Positions 11,312 to 22,989 are shown, numbered from the stretch's first letter. The stretch is 46,668 nucleotides of DNA from Chlorokybus atmophyticus (GCA_009103225.1 RHPI01000249.1:389019-435686), one strand, 5' to 3'. A program made the numbers and translations. Notes: generated by a model from the letters alone, not told the origin.

Positions 11312-14300
11312 ATGGGGACGTCCTTACATCTGACTACCTGAAATGTGCGAGGCCTTTCTAGCCCTCGCACATCCCAAGGGTATAGCAAGCGGAGCTCGCT
11401 ACTATCAAGACTTTGGTCTTGGCGGGAGGGGCGTCATCTTGCTTTTTTTCTTTAAGAAACAAAGCTTCATGACACCTCTTATTCGCATTGTTTGCGCAAG
11501 TTTTGGGCAGGCCCAGCTGTGTGGTCTCATGCGGATGATGGTGGAGGAGGCGTGGCGATTTTGTACCCTCATGCGTGGGCCTCATCGGTGGTGAGCAGGG
11601 GTAGCTGTGCCTTCTCGCAGCTGCTGGGTGCTGCGCCGTTGGGGAGGGGGGGTGCTTCTCCTGGTCAGTGTCTACGCCCCCAATGCTTCGAAGGACAAAG
11701 CGTCCTTCTTCTCGTCCCTTTAGTCCAGCCTGCCCGACGCTGATTGGTGCGTGATGTGAGGGGATTGGAACTTTACAAGTGACGATGCTTTAGATCGGTC
11801 CCACCCCTACTTCCTCATCCTTGGAGGAGGTAGACGCCTCCGCTGGGTTGATGGAGAGGTACCAGCTGGAGGATTCGCTGCGCGTGTTGTCACCAGACCA
11901 TGAGGTGCACACATGATCTAACGGCAAGCAGGGGCAGGAAATGAGAGCGGCTCGCTTGGATCGCTTCTATGCTAGCCGTTATCTGCGCACTCTGAGCACT
12001 GACTACGGCGTGAGGCTCGGTGAGGGCTTGTCCAATCACAAGCTAGTTGACCTCTCGCCATCGGAGTTGTTCCCAAAGGGCCTGGGGTTGTAGAAGCTTG
12101 ATCCGGCCCTGCTGAAGGACCCGGCCTTTGTCACCGCCCTAGAGGCTCTGTGGGCAAGGCACAGGCTGCTCCGACCAGTCAGAGGAGAGATGGTGGAGTG
12201 GTTTGAGGAGGGCCTGCATTCTCTCACGGTGCTGGCGCGTTCTCACGTTATCCCCCGCCGCTTGCAGCGCCAGCAGTCTCAACAGGCTGTGCGACTGCTG
12301 CTGGCGCTGGTGGAGGTGGGGCTCGTTGCCAACCCACAGCGCGAGGGTTTGCTCGGGAAAAGGGTGGACCTCATGGCTCAGCTAGAGGAGCTGGACAGAC
12401 AGGAGGTGGAGGGTGCGCACATCTGCTTCAATTACAAGCTGCGCACGCAACGCGAGCGCATGATTTCTTTCTTTTTCTCGCGGGGCCAGCAACAGAGCCA
12501 GTCCCCGTCGCTGGGTTCACTGACTTATTCTCTTGGAGAGCCCCCCCCCCCCAAATAGAGGCGGAGCAGATACTGCAGGCGGCAAGCTCCTTCTTTGCTG
12601 CGTTCTACACCAACACCGTGGACCTGCAAGCCAGGTTGGCGGCTGTGCGCAGGTGCATTGAGGCGGTGCCGGTGCTTCTTTCTCCATCTCACCTCCCCGG
12701 CTTGGATGCGGACGTCTTCAAGGAGGAGCTCTTGCTTGTCTTACGGGCCATAAAACCACACAAGAGTTCAGGGAAAGATGGCCTGGCGGTGGTTTTTTGG
12801 CAACATGCATGGCCCGTTTTGAAAAGAGGACTATACGGAGAACTGTAAGCAGGTTTTCTCTTCTGGGGTCATGGGCACGTCCCAGCGCGCCGGCGTGCTA
12901 GCTCTCATCCACAAGAAGGGCTCCACCACCGACTTGCGAAACTGGCGACCCATTACTTTGCTACCTGTGCACTACAAAATCCTGGCGAAGGCGCTCAGCT
13001 CCCGCCTGTCAATGCTTCTTCCGGACATCATCGCGCGACAGCAAGCGGGCTTTGTGCGTCACCGCTACGTCATAGACAACGTCCTCACAACCATGGGCAC
13101 GTTGGCTCACGCCTCAGATACCAGGCAGCAAGCGGCCATGCTTCTTCTCGACTTTAAAAAGGCGTTCGATTAATCTGGATTGGGATTTGCTGGAAGCGAT
13201 GATGAGGAAGCAAGGCTTCAGCCCCCTCTTCTGTTCTTGGGCACGAACACTGAATGGGGGAGGGGGCAGCCAGGTATTAGTGAACGGGCATGCTTCCCTC
13301 CCTTTCACCCTCCAACACAGTGTCCGCCAGGGGTGCCCATTGGCACTGGCCCTGTTTGTCGGCGGTGGAGGCTTTGGGTGCGTTGATTGCATCCAACGAG
13401 GACATGCAGCAGGGCCTTCTTCTTCCTACAGAGGATCCGGCCAGAGCTGGCACTCAAGCCAAGCTCAGGTATTTTGCCTTTGCGGATGACACTTCGGTAG
13501 TCCTGCAAGTTTCCTCCGTAGCATTTGAGGCCTTTAGACGTCTACTGGAGGACTACTGCTTGGCGTCTAACTCAGCACTCAGCTGGCACAAATCGGTTGG
13601 CATTCTTCTCGGGTTGGCTCAGTGCAAGGCCTCTCTAGGCTGAGGGGTGCGATGGCTTCTGCGGGGAGAAGGTGCGATTCTTCTTGGTGTCCCTATGGGT
13701 GTCTCCCTTCGCGGGGAGCAGCTGTCTCAAAGGTGCTGCGCAAAATACAAGGCAAGCTCACTCTCAGGGCATGGCAGCATCTCTCCCTTTTAGGGCGGGC
13801 TGTGGTGATCAACCAACATTCTTTCATGCCTCTCGTATCTGGCAGCACTGGTCAACCCCCGCAAGGCTAACATTCGATCACTGCGACGAGCCTGCCGCGC
13901 CTTCCTAAGGTCCTCGCCATCTCGAGCGGAGCAGCCGGCTGAGGATGCATCGTTGGAACAGGGACCAGTGCGAGGGCGGGTGAGATGGCAGTTTGCATCC
14001 CTCCCCAAGACGATGAGGGGCCTTGGCATCAAGGACCCCGAGCTGCAGACTACTGCACTATTGGCAAAATGGGCGGTGCGCCTTGTTGACCACACGTGGG
14101 CGCACTATAAAGTTTTGGGTCTCCGCCACTTGGAGTCGTGGGCGCAAGATGCAGTGGACCCCTTGGTGCGGTGGGTTGATTCAACAGCATCACTATTATC
14201 AAGAGGCTTGCGCATCCACAGCAGGGTGGCTCCGCACTGGAGGGCGGTGCTCTCGACCTGGCTGAAGATCTGTCCCCCCCTTCGTCGCCCCCCCTTCTAC

Positions 14301-15837
14301 TACGAGGAAGTCCTCTCGCAGCCCCTCTTCATTAGCTCTTTTCTTCGTGGACCCTTAGGGAAGGTGCTTGGCGCTGGAGGAACGCGCTCTCAGCTCCTCC
14401 CTTGGGCGGCACAAGAGTTTCACAGGGTGGTGGACCTGTGGGACACTGCACTCCTGCGGGGGTACACTGCGACGGAGCTCAGTTACTGGGTCGACAACCC
14501 CCAGCCGGTCCCGTCTTTGCTGTGGAGCTGTGTCCCGGTGCCTTAGAGGGAGCTTCTCTCATCTGGCCCTCTTCCTCCGCGTGCTGAGGAGTGGTGGGCT
14601 TCGCTCCAGACTATGCTCGGCAGACTGTTCTCTATGTGGACGGGGTGGCCCGCGGGTTCATGACTTGCTGGGCCTATGAGCTAGGCGGCCAGGAGGACGC
14701 CCAGCTTCAAGGCCCGGCGTCCATGACTTCTCTTCCCACTCCCTACTCGCTGGCTCGACGAGGGTGCCCCTGGCAGGCACCATCGTGGGAACATCTGAGC
14801 GGCTCCGGGTGCAGCTCTGAGGCTGCTCACACAGCTGGCAGCTTGCTGTCACGGGTGCGAGTGCATCCCCCTGCAAGTCGCTATTGTGTTGGGTCAGCTA
14901 TTTTCTTTCCGGCATGGGGGGAGCAACCGCTTTTCACCCGCTATGCTAGTTGGGTGGTGGTTGGCCGCTCCCGACTGCAAGATCTTCACCTAGATCTGTT
15001 GCTGGCTTGCCATTTCCTTCATCCGAACAGGCGGCTTCCCCTTCGCTAGCGGAGCTGGCTGGAGGACAGCACGCCTCGCATCAGCTTCCGCCTGGCCCCC
15101 CACTTATCCCCCTATGGGAGTATACTCCGGTCTTGAGCTACTCTGCTCTAACCTCCGCCTGCTTGGTGAAAGTCACACCCACGCTCGCTGGGGCTAGGTG
15201 GCTCCGGGTCTTTACTGGCCCGAGATCTGGCCGGCTATTCACAAGCTGCAAGCTCCGGGCAAGCAACGCACCCTGCTTTGGCTGCTTGCTCATGGCGCCT
15301 TGTACATTGGCCACAAGCTTCGTCACTTCAATCCCGAGGTGGACTCCTCCTGCTTGACATGCGAGGAAGAAGACGTGGGAACCCCCTTTCATCTTTTCGT
15401 GGTGTGCTCGTTCTCTCGGCAGCTGTAGGACAGCCTCGTGCTTTTGTTTCTCTATAAGAGGCTCCCTTAGTCTCCCCCCTGCTGCTGTTCATTTCGGAGT
15501 TGGTAGGGCTGCCTCCCCACCTGTCATGGAAAGAGTACGGTTGGCAGTGCGTCCTAATGCTCTATGGATGATCTGGTGTTTTTGTTGTTCTGTGTGCTAT
15601 GGGGGGGGGAGCAGCCTCTTTTTATTGTGCTGCTCCGCAAGTTGGGGGCTGCCATCCGTAGTCGAGCTCGTGAGGACTGGATGCAAGCTTGCTCGCAGCC
15701 AGCGCGGGATGGTGTTAGGGATGCTGCAGTCGGAGACTTCTGCAACAGCTGAGGCCTTGGTGGTGTGCTTTGCTCGGTTTCTACAGTTAGCCAGCTCTCC
15801 TCCTTCCATAGTGTGGCATAGCTTTAGCCTTATCTGA
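11312..15837 (+). pseudogene. L1 ORF2: APE endonuclease, reverse transcriptase, zf-RVT; many stops and frameshifts
   Basis: MGTSLHLTT*NVRGL..*ETK; GKDGL, LRNWRPITLL..YKILAKAL, LLDFKKAFD, VRQGCPLA, FADD, LPKTMRGLGIKD, CLTCEEEDVGTPFHLFVVC. Confidence 0.93.
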
Positions 15838-15974
15838 GTTGCTTTTAATGCTTGCTTTTGCTTACGAGCTGTATATTAGCTGGCTATTTAGCCTTTCACA
15901 GAGTCTGTGCTTTTTCTTGATTCTTGATAAGGTCTCAGCATTGTTTGGTCCAAAAACAAATATACATATATTGA

Positions 15975-16598
15975 GGAGGAGAGTATATGGGTTGAAAAGT
16001 TTGAGCAGGCACTGGCTTTCATCATCCTCAACGTGAAGAATCATCACTTCGCAACCTTGGAGGCATGCACCACCGCGAAGCAAGCCTTGACCAAACTTTT
16101 AGACGTTTTCATATGCGCGCAACAACATGAGAAGTTTGCAGCTGAGGCGGGCCTTGAGCAACATGCAGAAGGACTTTGGAGAGCCTGTGACCAAGTTTGT
16201 GGCTCGTGCAAGAGAGATGGTCTGACTTGTTGGGTGTGGGGCATGATGTGAAGGAGTCGGAGGTACTTTGGGTTGTGTTGGCTAGCTTGCCACCGAACTT
16301 TAACACTGTTGTGGAGGTGCTCGAGTCCACCACAGGTAGTGAGCTGAAGCTTGACGATGTTCTCCCGCATTTGCTGCAAGTTGAGGACAAGGCGGCCTGG
16401 AGGGAGGAGGAACGGTCTGGAAAGGATGTTGTAGCTCTCTTTGCGCATGGTGGACTTGAAAGAGACAAGGAGTGCTACTACTGCCCTACGAAGGGGCATT
16501 TTAAGCGCGATTGCAAAAAGAGAAAGGCCGAAGAGGAGGCCAAGGCTGGAGGCGTGTCTTTTCTTGCGCATGCACATCCGGAAGCGGTGCAGTTCTGA
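15975..16598 (+). pseudogene. Copia gag 3' part with CCHC knuckle (continuation of the 4330-5195 element); no PR seen downstream
   Basis: KFEQALAFIILNVKNHHFATLEACTTAKQAL; VLWVVLASLPPNFNTVVEVL; CYYCPTKGHFKRDC. Confidence 0.85.
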
Positions 16599-18513
16599 GG
16601 TTTGAGACCTGCAAAGTCTGGAGGCCGTCATGTAGGCTGCAGGGGCAAAGATTGAAGGCGGAGGAGCTTGAAAATACGGGGTCTAGAGCTGCCAGGTATG
16701 TTTGGGAAGGTTTAAGCCTGCTTGTAGCTAAGTTTAAGAAGATTTGAAGTCTGTTGGCTAGCACAAACAGGTCTGATTTTGAAACCATGAGTAGGGATGC
16801 AGCTTTTTCAGACTTGGCCAGGTCTGGACAGTTGTAAATGTGTACTCATGTGTAGTCAGACTTGTGGCTCTCATTCATAAAGTTGCTTGAGTAAAGGTAG
16901 CTTGGAAGTAGTCATGAACGGGGTGGCGTCATCTCGACAACCAAGACGCGGGAGCGCAAGGCTAAATTGTACTTGCATGAATTGGAGTGGCTATCCAACG
17001 CGGTGTGAAGCGTCGCCTCTACAGGAAAGGACGTGAGAGCCATGGCGTACGTGCGCGCGACGTAATGCGGATTTGCTCTGCAATGGTGGGAAACTGGTGT
17101 AGCTTTGTGTCCGCGGGAGCGGGAGCGGGAGCGGGAGGTCTTTTTCAACTGGTCTAAGACTGGGTTTGCAACTACATTAAGGATGCAAGGAGGCTGCTCT
17201 TCAGCATAGGCAACACACGGCAGGACTAAGCGCACGCGAGCGCCACTGCGTCAGTCAATGCTGACGGAACTACTGTTGGAAGGATTGTGTGACTTGTCTT
17301 CCGACGAGTTCATATCCACATTAAGGAGGTGCCTGCTCCGCAACTGCGCAAGGGCATCATTTCTATACTCAACACCGAGTTGTGACACTTTAATGACAAC
17401 GTACCGTCAGCTTGGTGAGTGCCTATTTCTGGTGGCATGGCATGCACACACAGGTGCGCACCTTTATCGCAAACTGTTCGCACTGCGACCTCGTCCGTAC
17501 CAGCCTCAACAGCCGTACCAGCACTCTCCACCTGCTGCCCATCGCCAGCATGTTCTACAAGTGGGGACTGGTTATCCTTGAAGACTTAGCACCCTCAGCT
17601 CGTGGCAACAAGTACATCCTCGTCATGATCGAGCACTTTTCAAGTGGATTGAGCTGGTTCCCCTTCTCGACAAGAGCAGCAGAGGAACCGCACAGGCTTT
17701 CCTCGAATATTTCCTTAGTCCCTTCAGCTCATGTGCTGAAGTCATCATTGGCCAAGGAGCGGAGTTTCAAGGCGAGTTCGACACTTTGCTGGACCGCTCC
17801 TACATCGACCATCGTCGCACATCACGCGACCATTTGCAGGCAGATGGACTGGCAGAACGCACGGTTTAAACACAAGAAGGCATTGCGCACGTATGTCATC
17901 GACCACGAAATGCATCTATAATGACTGCCTCCCATACATCGCGCTTGGCTACCGGCTGTCAAAGCAGGCTTTCATGCGCATGTACAGCCCTTATCATCTG
18001 CTGCTTGGCAGAGAGTTTCCACTTCCTTTTTGCGCACAGAAAGAGGTGGAGCGCGTGCTGGACGACCTCGACGACCCCGTGGCCATGCTAGACAACATGC
18101 ACCAGCGCGCATGCTTATTTGCACACGTCTGTAACGCGGGGCTTAGCCGACTAAGCCATGGTAGCAAAAGTCGCTGCCATGAGAGGTTGTGTATTGCTTA
18201 TTAATGCTTCATAAGCCCTTCTTAGCCCATTCCACATTAACCGGCATTGCATTCAACTCGGCTTTCACCACGATTTTACCTGCACATCTTGGCCCTTCAT
18301 GACCGGCAGGACTTGCTCGCGTCCGGTCATGACCAGCCATTACCGGTCATGCCGCGTAGTTTTCCGCGGCGACTTGCCACGTTGCCGCGCGCAGGAGCGA
18401 CCCTGCGCGCCGACTCAGTCAGCTTCACCTCACAGCTTATTGTTAACCAATCACACTAACTGCCTTGGATCGTTTCCGACGGTCGCCGAAAATCTACCCA
18501 CTCGCGCGCAGCT

Positions 18514-18597
18514 TGCGCCCGGTGGGATTTGATCCCGCGACCTTTAGAGCTCCGATACCAATGTAACGCGGGGCTTAGCCGACTAAGCCATGGTAGC
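18514..18597 (-). promoter_or_regulatory. tRNA-like sequence / putative Pol III A-box + B-box spanning the LTR-PBS junction (unit 1)
   Basis: A-box-like TGGCTTAGTCGG (18579-18590) in LTR U5; AGGTC-GCGGG-ATCAAAT-CCCAC-CGGGCGCA (variable loop, T arm, acceptor 3' strand) just after the PBS. Confidence 0.6.
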
Positions 18598-18945
18598 AAA
18601 AGTCGCTGCCATGAGAGGTTGTGTATTGCTTATTAATGCTTCATAAGCCCTTCTTAGCCTATTCCACATTAACCGGCATTACATTCAACCCGGCTTTAAC
18701 CGCGATTTTACCTGCACATCTTGGCCCTTCATGACCGGCAGGACTTGCTCGCGTCCGGTCATGACCAGCCATTACCGGTCATGCCGCGTAGTTTTCCGCG
18801 GCGACTTGCCACGTTGCCGCGCGCAGGAGCGACCCTGCGCGCCGACTCAGTCAGCTTCACCTCACAGCTTATTGTTAACCAATCACACTAACTGCCTTGG
18901 ATCGTTTCCGACGGTCGCCGAAAATCTACCCACTCGCGCGCAGCT

Positions 18946-19029
18946 TGCGCCCGGTGGGATTTGATCCCGCGACCTTTAGAGCTCCGATACCAATGTAACG
19001 CGGGGCTTAGCCGACTAAGCCATGGTAGC
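18946..19029 (-). promoter_or_regulatory. tRNA-like A/B-box across the LTR-PBS junction (unit 2)
   Basis: Identical to 18514-18597, shifted 432 bp. Confidence 0.6.
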
Positions 19030-19377
19030 AAAAGTCGCTGCCATGAGAGGTTGTGTATTGCTTATTAATGCTTCATAAGCCCTTCTTAGCCTATTCCACA
19101 TTAACCGGCATTACATTCAACCCGGCTTTAACCGCGATTTTACCTGCACATCTTGGCCCTTCATGACCGGCAGGACTTGCTCGCGTCCGGTCATGACCAG
19201 CCATTACCGGTCATGCCGCGTAGTTTTCCGCGGCGACTTGCCACGTTGCCGCGCGCAGGAGCGACCCTGCGCGCCGACTCAGTCAGCTTCACCTCACAGC
19301 TTATTGTTAACCAATCACACTAACTGCCTTGGATCGTTTCCGACGGTCGCCGAAAATCTACCCACTCGCGCGCAGCT

Positions 19378-19461
19378 TGCGCCCGGTGGGATTTGATCCC
19401 GCGACCTTTAGAGCTCCGATACCAATGTAACGCGGGGCTTAGCCGACTAAGCCATGGTAGC
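19378..19461 (-). promoter_or_regulatory. tRNA-like A/B-box across the LTR-PBS junction (unit 3)
   Basis: Identical to 18514-18597, shifted 864 bp. Confidence 0.6.
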
Positions 19462-20096
19462 AAAAGTCGCTGCCATGAGAGGTTGTGTATTGCTTATTAA
19501 TGCTTCATAAGCCCTTCTTAGCCTATTCCACATTAACCGGCATTACACGTCAATCACATGGCCATGAGCAATCATCAAATCGCCTAGCACCGCAACACGC
19601 TGCATTACGAGTGTGTTCGCAATGGGTTCCACAAGCAGCGCATCCGCCGCTTGAAGGCAGGCGACTATGTCTATCGCATGACTCAAATCCACGACACCCT
19701 TGATATCAGCATCAAGCGCGTCATCTACAATGTTTTAAAAGTACTCCCTTCCGGAGTGCTAAACCCGCTTAGCAACGATGGCAAGCGCCCCAAAGACAAC
19801 TGGAGAACTGCGGTCCATGTCACCTTTCACACGATGCCGGCTTCAACACCATCCGACATCCCAGGCTCAGCTGCAGCAAGCGTTGTGAGAAGTGCGGCAA
19901 CGCCGACGACGACACTCATGATGCTGTGCAATGGCTGCAACAACGGCATGCATTGCTACTGCCTCGACAACCCGAAGGACATCGTTCCGCTGAAGGCGTA
20001 CTAGTGTGAGGACTGCCGTATCAACGGTCCTCCCCATTCTCGCTGTAGACTCCTCACTGAAGCAGAGACTTCCCCAGCTCAGAAAGGGGGGGGGGN

Positions 20097-20189
<93 letters not shown>

Positions 20190-20764
20190 GGCTTGTTGAC
20201 TTGCTCACATCTACATTGTTAGTAGAGCATTCAGCACGCAGAGCACACAGCAGTAGGGTGCAGCACATGTTGGCATCATATGTGTTCGGCAAACAAGTAG
20301 GTACAGGCAGGGGGGTATTCGCCTTTCGTACTGTGCAGCTACACTACCGAACATCATTAGGACTGCCACCAGTCCTCATCATGGCATTACCGCTGGGATC
20401 AACCCGGAGCACACAATGCTGCCAGGCCCGACAGCAGCTCGTGTGAAACGGTCCCAAAGGGACCAACGTTTTCGTGGATGCTCGCAGCCAAGCAGTGTTC
20501 CCGCGCTACCAGCATCAGGAGGCATTCCACTCAGCTATGCCTACAGCCGAACATCGACCCCGGCTACCGGCATGGGTCCCGCGCGACACTAAGCAGTTGT
20601 GAGTCCGTGTTCATAGGTACCTAGTACTAGTTCATTAGCCCGTACTAGCTGATCCATCATGAGTTGACTTTTTGTAAACTAGCCGTTATCTTGGAACTGA
20701 ACAGATGTTACTTGATTATAAAGGCTTCGAACTTCATCTCTATGCGGGTGACAGACACTACAGC

Positions 20765-21394
20765 ACATGGTTGCCCCGGAGCTTGTTTGACTTGCGACGA
20801 CACAAGTATAAACAACACCTTGCATTTATTCGTGCATTGTGCAGCAGCTCGGCAGGTGTGGTGCTGGCTGGGTACGCTCTTCGGCAAGTTGGGTTGTTCT
20901 TTTTTCCCTTCTGCAGTTGCCATCCTGTTCGGAATCGAGAATTGCCTTTTGGGACTCGAACTTTTCTTGCTGTATGATCGGCAGTACGGCTTGTGGCCCT
21001 CGGAGCCATTTGGTGTTTCATGTGTGCATGCCTATACGATCCCCACCCTCCTGTAATCGCTGGTCTTCGCAGTGCACTTGTACAAGCTGTCGCCACCAGA
21101 GCTTGCGGCAAATGGCTTACTATTCGTACCTCTCCGTTGATGGATGGTCTTCGTGCTGCTGCATTTGACTCTTTGATGTGGTGGGGCGTAATGGAGTTCT
21201 GTGCATCGTCACTGCTAGCATGCCGAGCCCCGAGTTGCTCTAAAAAGATTGGGACACTCTGTTGCGTCGAGTGCGTCGGTGTTATAGTTGAGTAGCTGGT
21301 AGTAGTGGTCGTGGTAATAGTAGTTGTTGTTAATTGATCGTATAGACTCTTGCTTTTTTCATATTCATTAATCTCTTGCTGAAAAGAAAAAAAA
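20765..21394 (+). mobile_element. 5'-truncated L1-like LINE 3' end (zf-RVT + A-rich tail)
   Basis: CLTCDDTSINNTLHLFVHCAAARQVWCWL; tail GAAAAGAAAAAAAA at 21381-21394. Confidence 0.8.
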
Positions 21395-21399
21395 TGGGT

Positions 21400-22860
21400 T
21401 GCGGAGGGAAGCCCCGTGGGCCTTGTGTTTGTGGGCCTGCTCCGCGTTCAGCTTGTTCCGCAGTGTAGGTCTATCGTACAGCATGAGCTTCCTTCAGACC
21501 AATGTACCCTTGTGTGTGGCCGTCGGCTCTGTGTTCACGCCGATCCAATGGTGGTATTGCGGCGTGGGCTGCAAGTATACTGCTCGTAGTAGTTGCGGTC
21601 GCATGTCGTGGGTGATGGTGGGGACTCGCAAGATCCCTACCATGTAGGTATGCCGCCTTCCTTGCACCACCCCCACGTCCACCGTTATTGCGCGTGCCCA
21701 TATGGTTCAATGGAGGTCGGTCTGCTGCCCTTGCAACTCATGAGCGATGGCAATGCGTCGCCGTTGTCGTGCTGCTTCGACTCCTTGTAGTCGCAGTATT
21801 GCCTCCTGCACTCCCTTTAAAGTGTCGCGGGCAGTGGTGGCAGCTTCGTCGTATGCTTATCGCAACGATCAAACGAGTGCTCTCAGCCATGCCGCTCTAT
21901 TGTCAAAGGCAATCATGGGAATTTCAGGGTGCGTGGCAATCAGCCAATCATGAATCGTGCCTAGGGTGCGCTGCCCTCTCGCATGCCGAACATCTGTCTC
22001 AATGCACTTTCCTCAAGCCGGTGCAGCAAGACTGCTTGCCGTATGAGGGCGGTGCGTAGTTGTTGCTCCCCTGCCATACCAGCTCCTGCTCTTTGTGTAG
22101 TGCGCTCTTTTGGAGTGAGGTAGCCGCTACCTGCATATCGCTGATCTTCAAGCATATCGTCAACTGAAAGACGCAGCAGCGAAGCAATCACCCCCCTCAA
22201 TTGTTGTGACGGCACCCTTGCCTAATCAGCAACAGTGGCTTGCCCCTGTTATGCACTTGCGGGTGCTATGGGTGCGACCAATGCGACCGCATTGAAGGCG
22301 CCAGCGGCGTTGGATGGCCCCGCAGTCGAGGCGGCAGCTGCGCATGCGCGGGCTGCTGCATGTGCTTGCCGGCGCGCGTTGATTTGTGCAGCCTTGTCCA
22401 CCTGCCATCAATATGCTTGTTCAAGCGCAGAGAACCGTTTCCGTCTGTTGCCTTAAAACAAGCCCGTGGAGCGCCGGGTCAGTGCGCAGCGGCATGTCCG
22501 CGATTGCCCCCACGAGGTCTTGCACTTGTCGGTGTTGTTGATGGAGCGGGTCCAAACAAGGGGGCTCAAAGTCAATCTGCTAAGAAGGCAATGCCCGACT
22601 CAGCCGGCTGGGTGTGTCTTGCAACCTAGCGTGTAATGCCCCAAACAGTTAAATTGCCAGCTCCAACACAAAAGGTCGCCGGTACGTGACCCAAAAGAAG
22701 CGGTCCCGCATTTGTGGAGCATTGCCAGCAAGAATCTCATCCTCCAGCTGCTGTTGCGTGTGCTGTGGCAATGCGTGATACTCCGGCTGTGGGAAGATGC
22801 GGTCATCGCGTGTCATGCGAGTTGTGCGCTCCGCCCTTTTTACCATATGCAATGATGGTA
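21400..22860 (-). pseudogene. Unassigned decayed coding-like sequence
   Basis: Protein-like stretches broken by isolated stops (RPFVLELAI*LFGAL; LRTALIRQAVLLHRLEESALRQMFG; IHDWLIATHPEIPMIAFDNRAAWLRALV); no motif recognised. Confidence 0.35.
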
Positions 22861-22989
22861 GGTTCTATGCCGCGCCAAATAGATGCCAAGACGCAATTTA
22901 CTGATGATCCGCGAGGCACCTGTCGGGTGACATCAAGATGTGGTGGAGGGGCTGTCTCATTTGAAACCTTCTCTCGCCCGAATCACCAT

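Larger units (their letters stand above)
5200..15960 (+). mobile_element. Near full-length decayed L1/Tx1-like LINE carrying three nested insertions; ends approximate, TSD not resolved
   Basis: GC-rich leader, ORF1 with CCHC knuckle, ORF2 with APE, RT and zf-RVT; flanked by the two halves of one Copia gag. Confidence 0.9.
18130..19547 (-). mobile_element. Tandem-array TRIM: four 122-bp LTRs alternating with three 310-bp internal domains (432-bp period)
   Basis: LTRs start at 18130, 18562, 18994, 19426 (TGTAA..TTACA/TTGCA); PBS TGGTATCGGAGC on the - strand; 4-bp TSD CGTC (18126-18129, 19548-19551); empty site visible in the paralogue at ~1023-1040. No clear PPT. Confidence 0.93.
17212..20760 (+). 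mobile_element. Second decayed copy of the Gypsy integrase-PHD-PPT-LTR segment, interrupted by the tandem TRIM and truncated by an L1 fragment
   Basis: Aligns with ~118-2183; PHD at 19884-20016 (2-nt deletion, same TAG at 20002); G run 20086-20188; LTR from 20194. Confidence 0.92.

Noticed and set aside
16600-16900. 3' LTR of the 4330-16598 Copia
   Set aside because: Only scattered word similarity to 4330-4910, with no TG..CA ends or TSD found.
18514-18597. Functional tRNA gene
   Set aside because: No proper anticodon arm and a poorly paired acceptor stem; kept only as a tRNA-like promoter candidate.
18299-19396. Three identical 77-aa ORFs
   Set aside because: By-product of the tandem repeat, antisense to the TRIM, with no motif.
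18130-19547. CRISPR-like or simple satellite reading; Cassandra (5S) identity
   Set aside because: Intervening segments are near-identical, not unique spacers; LTR ends, PBS and TSD indicate a TRIM; no 5S rRNA similarity seen.
20086-20188. ~100-nt G homopolymer giving poly-Gly and poly-Pro ORFs
   Set aside because: Contains an N, as does the ~21-nt paralogous run at 1563-1583; the length is probably an assembly or sequencing artefact on a real G-rich PPT.
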